Of a stretch of DNA of 64,000 nucleotides, positions 62,662 through 64,000 are shown one piece after another. Made by a program: the position numbers and the translations under genes. The DNA lies in assembly GCA_963766715.1 (NCBI GenBank), contig CAVYBH010000001.1:128001-192000 (forward strand). The letters are read 5' to 3'. Source of the stretch: an uncultured delta proteobacterium. Lineage in GTDB: Bacteria; Myxococcota; Myxococcia; Myxococcales; Anaeromyxobacteraceae. Under the pieces are notes generated by a model. The model saw only the letters and a list, made by a program, of their open reading frames with translations, searched no databases and was not told the origin of the DNA. Each line of letters begins with the position of its first letter. The stretch's first letter is position 1.

Positions 62662-63534
62662 TCAGTCCTTCCACCGGTTCTTCGCCCACTCCTCCTCGTC
62701 CTCGAGGACGAACTCCAGCACCGTGTCCGAGTAGTCGGGGATGACGTGGCGCCGGCCGTTCACGAAGAGCGTGGGCGTGCCGAGGACGCCGGCCCGCCGC
62801 CCCTCGTGCTGCGCGACGCCGACCCGGTCGCGGTACTTCCGCGTGCTGAGCGCCTTGCGCAGGTCGGCGGGGTCCTTGCCGAGTCGCTCGGCCAGGTCCG
62901 CCAGCGAGTCCACGTCGAGCGACTTCGGGTCGTCGAACATGGCGTCGTGGAACGGCCAGAAGATCCCCTGGTCCCGTGCCCACTCGGCCGCCTCGGCGGC
63001 GGTGTCCGCGTGGGGGTGCCCGGCGACGGGGAAGGGCTTGAACTGGAGCTTCACCCGGCCCGGGTGGCTCTTCACGAAGGCCTCGAGCTTGGGGCGGAGC
63101 TGCTGGCAGAACGGGCACTCGAAGTCGGCGTACTCGACCATCGTGACCGGGGCCTTGGGGTCGCCGAGCGGGGTGCCCAGGCTGGAGGTGTCGAGGAAGG
63201 CCCGCTTCTTCCCGTCGAAGGAGGCGTAGTACTCGGTGAGGATCCGGAGGATCTCGTTCGCCGAGAGCCCCATCCCGGCCAGCCGGGCCGCCATGGCCGC
63301 CATCCGCGGGGCGTGCTTGCAGTCCTTGTGCTCGGTCAGGCAGCCGAGCAAGGTGTGCGGGCAGCCGCAGTAGCAGAACTCGTCGGCGAGCACGCGGGCC
63401 AGCACGTCCTTCTGCTGCGGCGTGAGCGTGGAGACGCCGACCGTGGCCGGGATCTGGGCCCAGTCGACCGGCGGGGGCGGCGCGGGAGCGGCGGCGACGG
63501 CGAGGGCGAGGACGAGGGGGAGAGCGAAGGTCAT
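62662..63534 (-). CDS. Exported DsbA-like thioredoxin-fold protein with N-terminal Cys-rich domain
   Basis: Signal peptide; FCYCGCPHTLLGC...DCKH; GDPKAPVTMVEYADFECPFC; GVLGTPTLFVNG. Confidence 0.85.
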   Translation of the reverse strand: MTFALPLVLALAVAAAPAPPPPVDWAQIPATVGVSTLTPQQKDVLARVLADEFCYCGCPHTLLGCLTEHKDCKHAPRMAAMAARLAGMGLSANEILRILTEYYASFDGKKRAFLDTSSLGTPLGDPKAPVTMVEYADFECPFCQQLRPKLEAFVKSHPGRVKLQFKPFPVAGHPHADTAAEAAEWARDQGIFWPFHDAMFDDPKSLDVDSLADLAERLGKDPADLRKALSTRKYRDRVGVAQHEGRRAGVLGTPTLFVNGRRHVIPDYSDTVLEFVLEDEEEWAKNRWKD

Positions 63535-63592
63535 CGGGATCCGTTCCTGGGAGGGAAGCGGGATTCTAGCATCGGGGTTAAGTAGCGCAGAG

Positions 63593-64000
63593 ATGGAGCG
63601 CGAGCAGTCAGAACGTGGAGCGGTGCGAAAGGACCCGGGCGGGCGCCGGGGGATGGCGCTCGTGTACCCGAACGCCTGGCGGCTGGGAATGGCCAACCTG
63701 GGGTTCCACGCCGTCTACCGCCTCGCCAACGCCGAGGCCGACGTCCTCTGCGAGCGGGCCTTCCTGCCCGAGGAGCCGGGGGAGGAGCCCCGGACGGTGG
63801 AGTCCGGCCGGCCGCTCCGGGACTTCGAGGTGGTGGCCTTCTCGCTCTCGTTCGAGGACGACTACGTGAACGTCCTCGACGTCCTGCGGCGCTCCGGGAT
63901 CCCGCTCCGGGCCGCGGACCGCGACGAGCGCTACCCGCTGGTGATGGCCGGGGGGATCGCGGTCCAGATCAACCCCGAGCCGCTGGCCCCCTTCTTCGAC
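63593..64000 (+). CDS. N-terminus of a B12-binding-domain/radical SAM family protein (partial)
   Basis: Manual translation: MEREQSERGAVRKDPGG...ALVYPNAWRLGMANLGFHAVY...CERAFLP...ESGRPLRDFEVVAFSLSFEDDY...PLVMAGG...NPEPLAPFFD. The CxxxCxxC motif lies beyond the window. Confidence 0.75.
   Translation, partial: MEREQSERGAVRKDPGGRRGMALVYPNAWRLGMANLGFHAVYRLANAEADVLCERAFLPEEPGEEPRTVESGRPLRDFEVVAFSLSFEDDYVNVLDVLRRSGIPLRAADRDERYPLVMAGGIAVQINPEPLAPFFD

Overview
Very GC-rich bacterial chromosomal DNA. Gene content and style suggest Myxococcota, probably Anaeromyxobacter-like (inference). About 55 tightly packed CDSs; no rRNA, tRNA, CRISPR array, transposase or prophage was recognised. In order the window holds: an exported HEXXH metallopeptidase-like gene; a cystathionine beta-synthase/gamma-lyase pair; an AmgK-like kinase; and a ~9 kb carboxylate-uptake block. 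In that block two transporters (ActP+DUF485; an MHS-family MFS) each sit head-to-head with a candidate writer/eraser pair (metallophosphoesterase + Ser/Thr kinase-USP; cNMP-CBS-DUF294 nucleotidyltransferase + DEDDh nuclease). Next come trmL, J-domain/TPR genes, tsaD-rsmA, two tandem paralogous uncharacterised membrane proteins, dnk-panB-panC-smpB, a degenerate HD-GYP protein, pckG, an S1-domain protein, a eukaryote-type citrate synthase, an ABC exporter, acnA and pncB/pncA. A seven-gene hydrogenase-4-like (Ehr-type, Ni-ligand-less) membrane complex is headed by an HTH-PTS EIIA gene. The window ends with an FHA-GAF-adenylate cyclase divergent from a Ser/Thr kinase/TPR-PEGA pair, truD, a Cys-rich DsbA-like protein and a partial radical SAM gene. 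About 20 single-base frameshifts interrupt otherwise intact genes and most likely reflect long-read consensus errors, so many long ORFs in the supplied track are chimeras or GC shadows. All family calls come from motif recognition by eye, not database searches.
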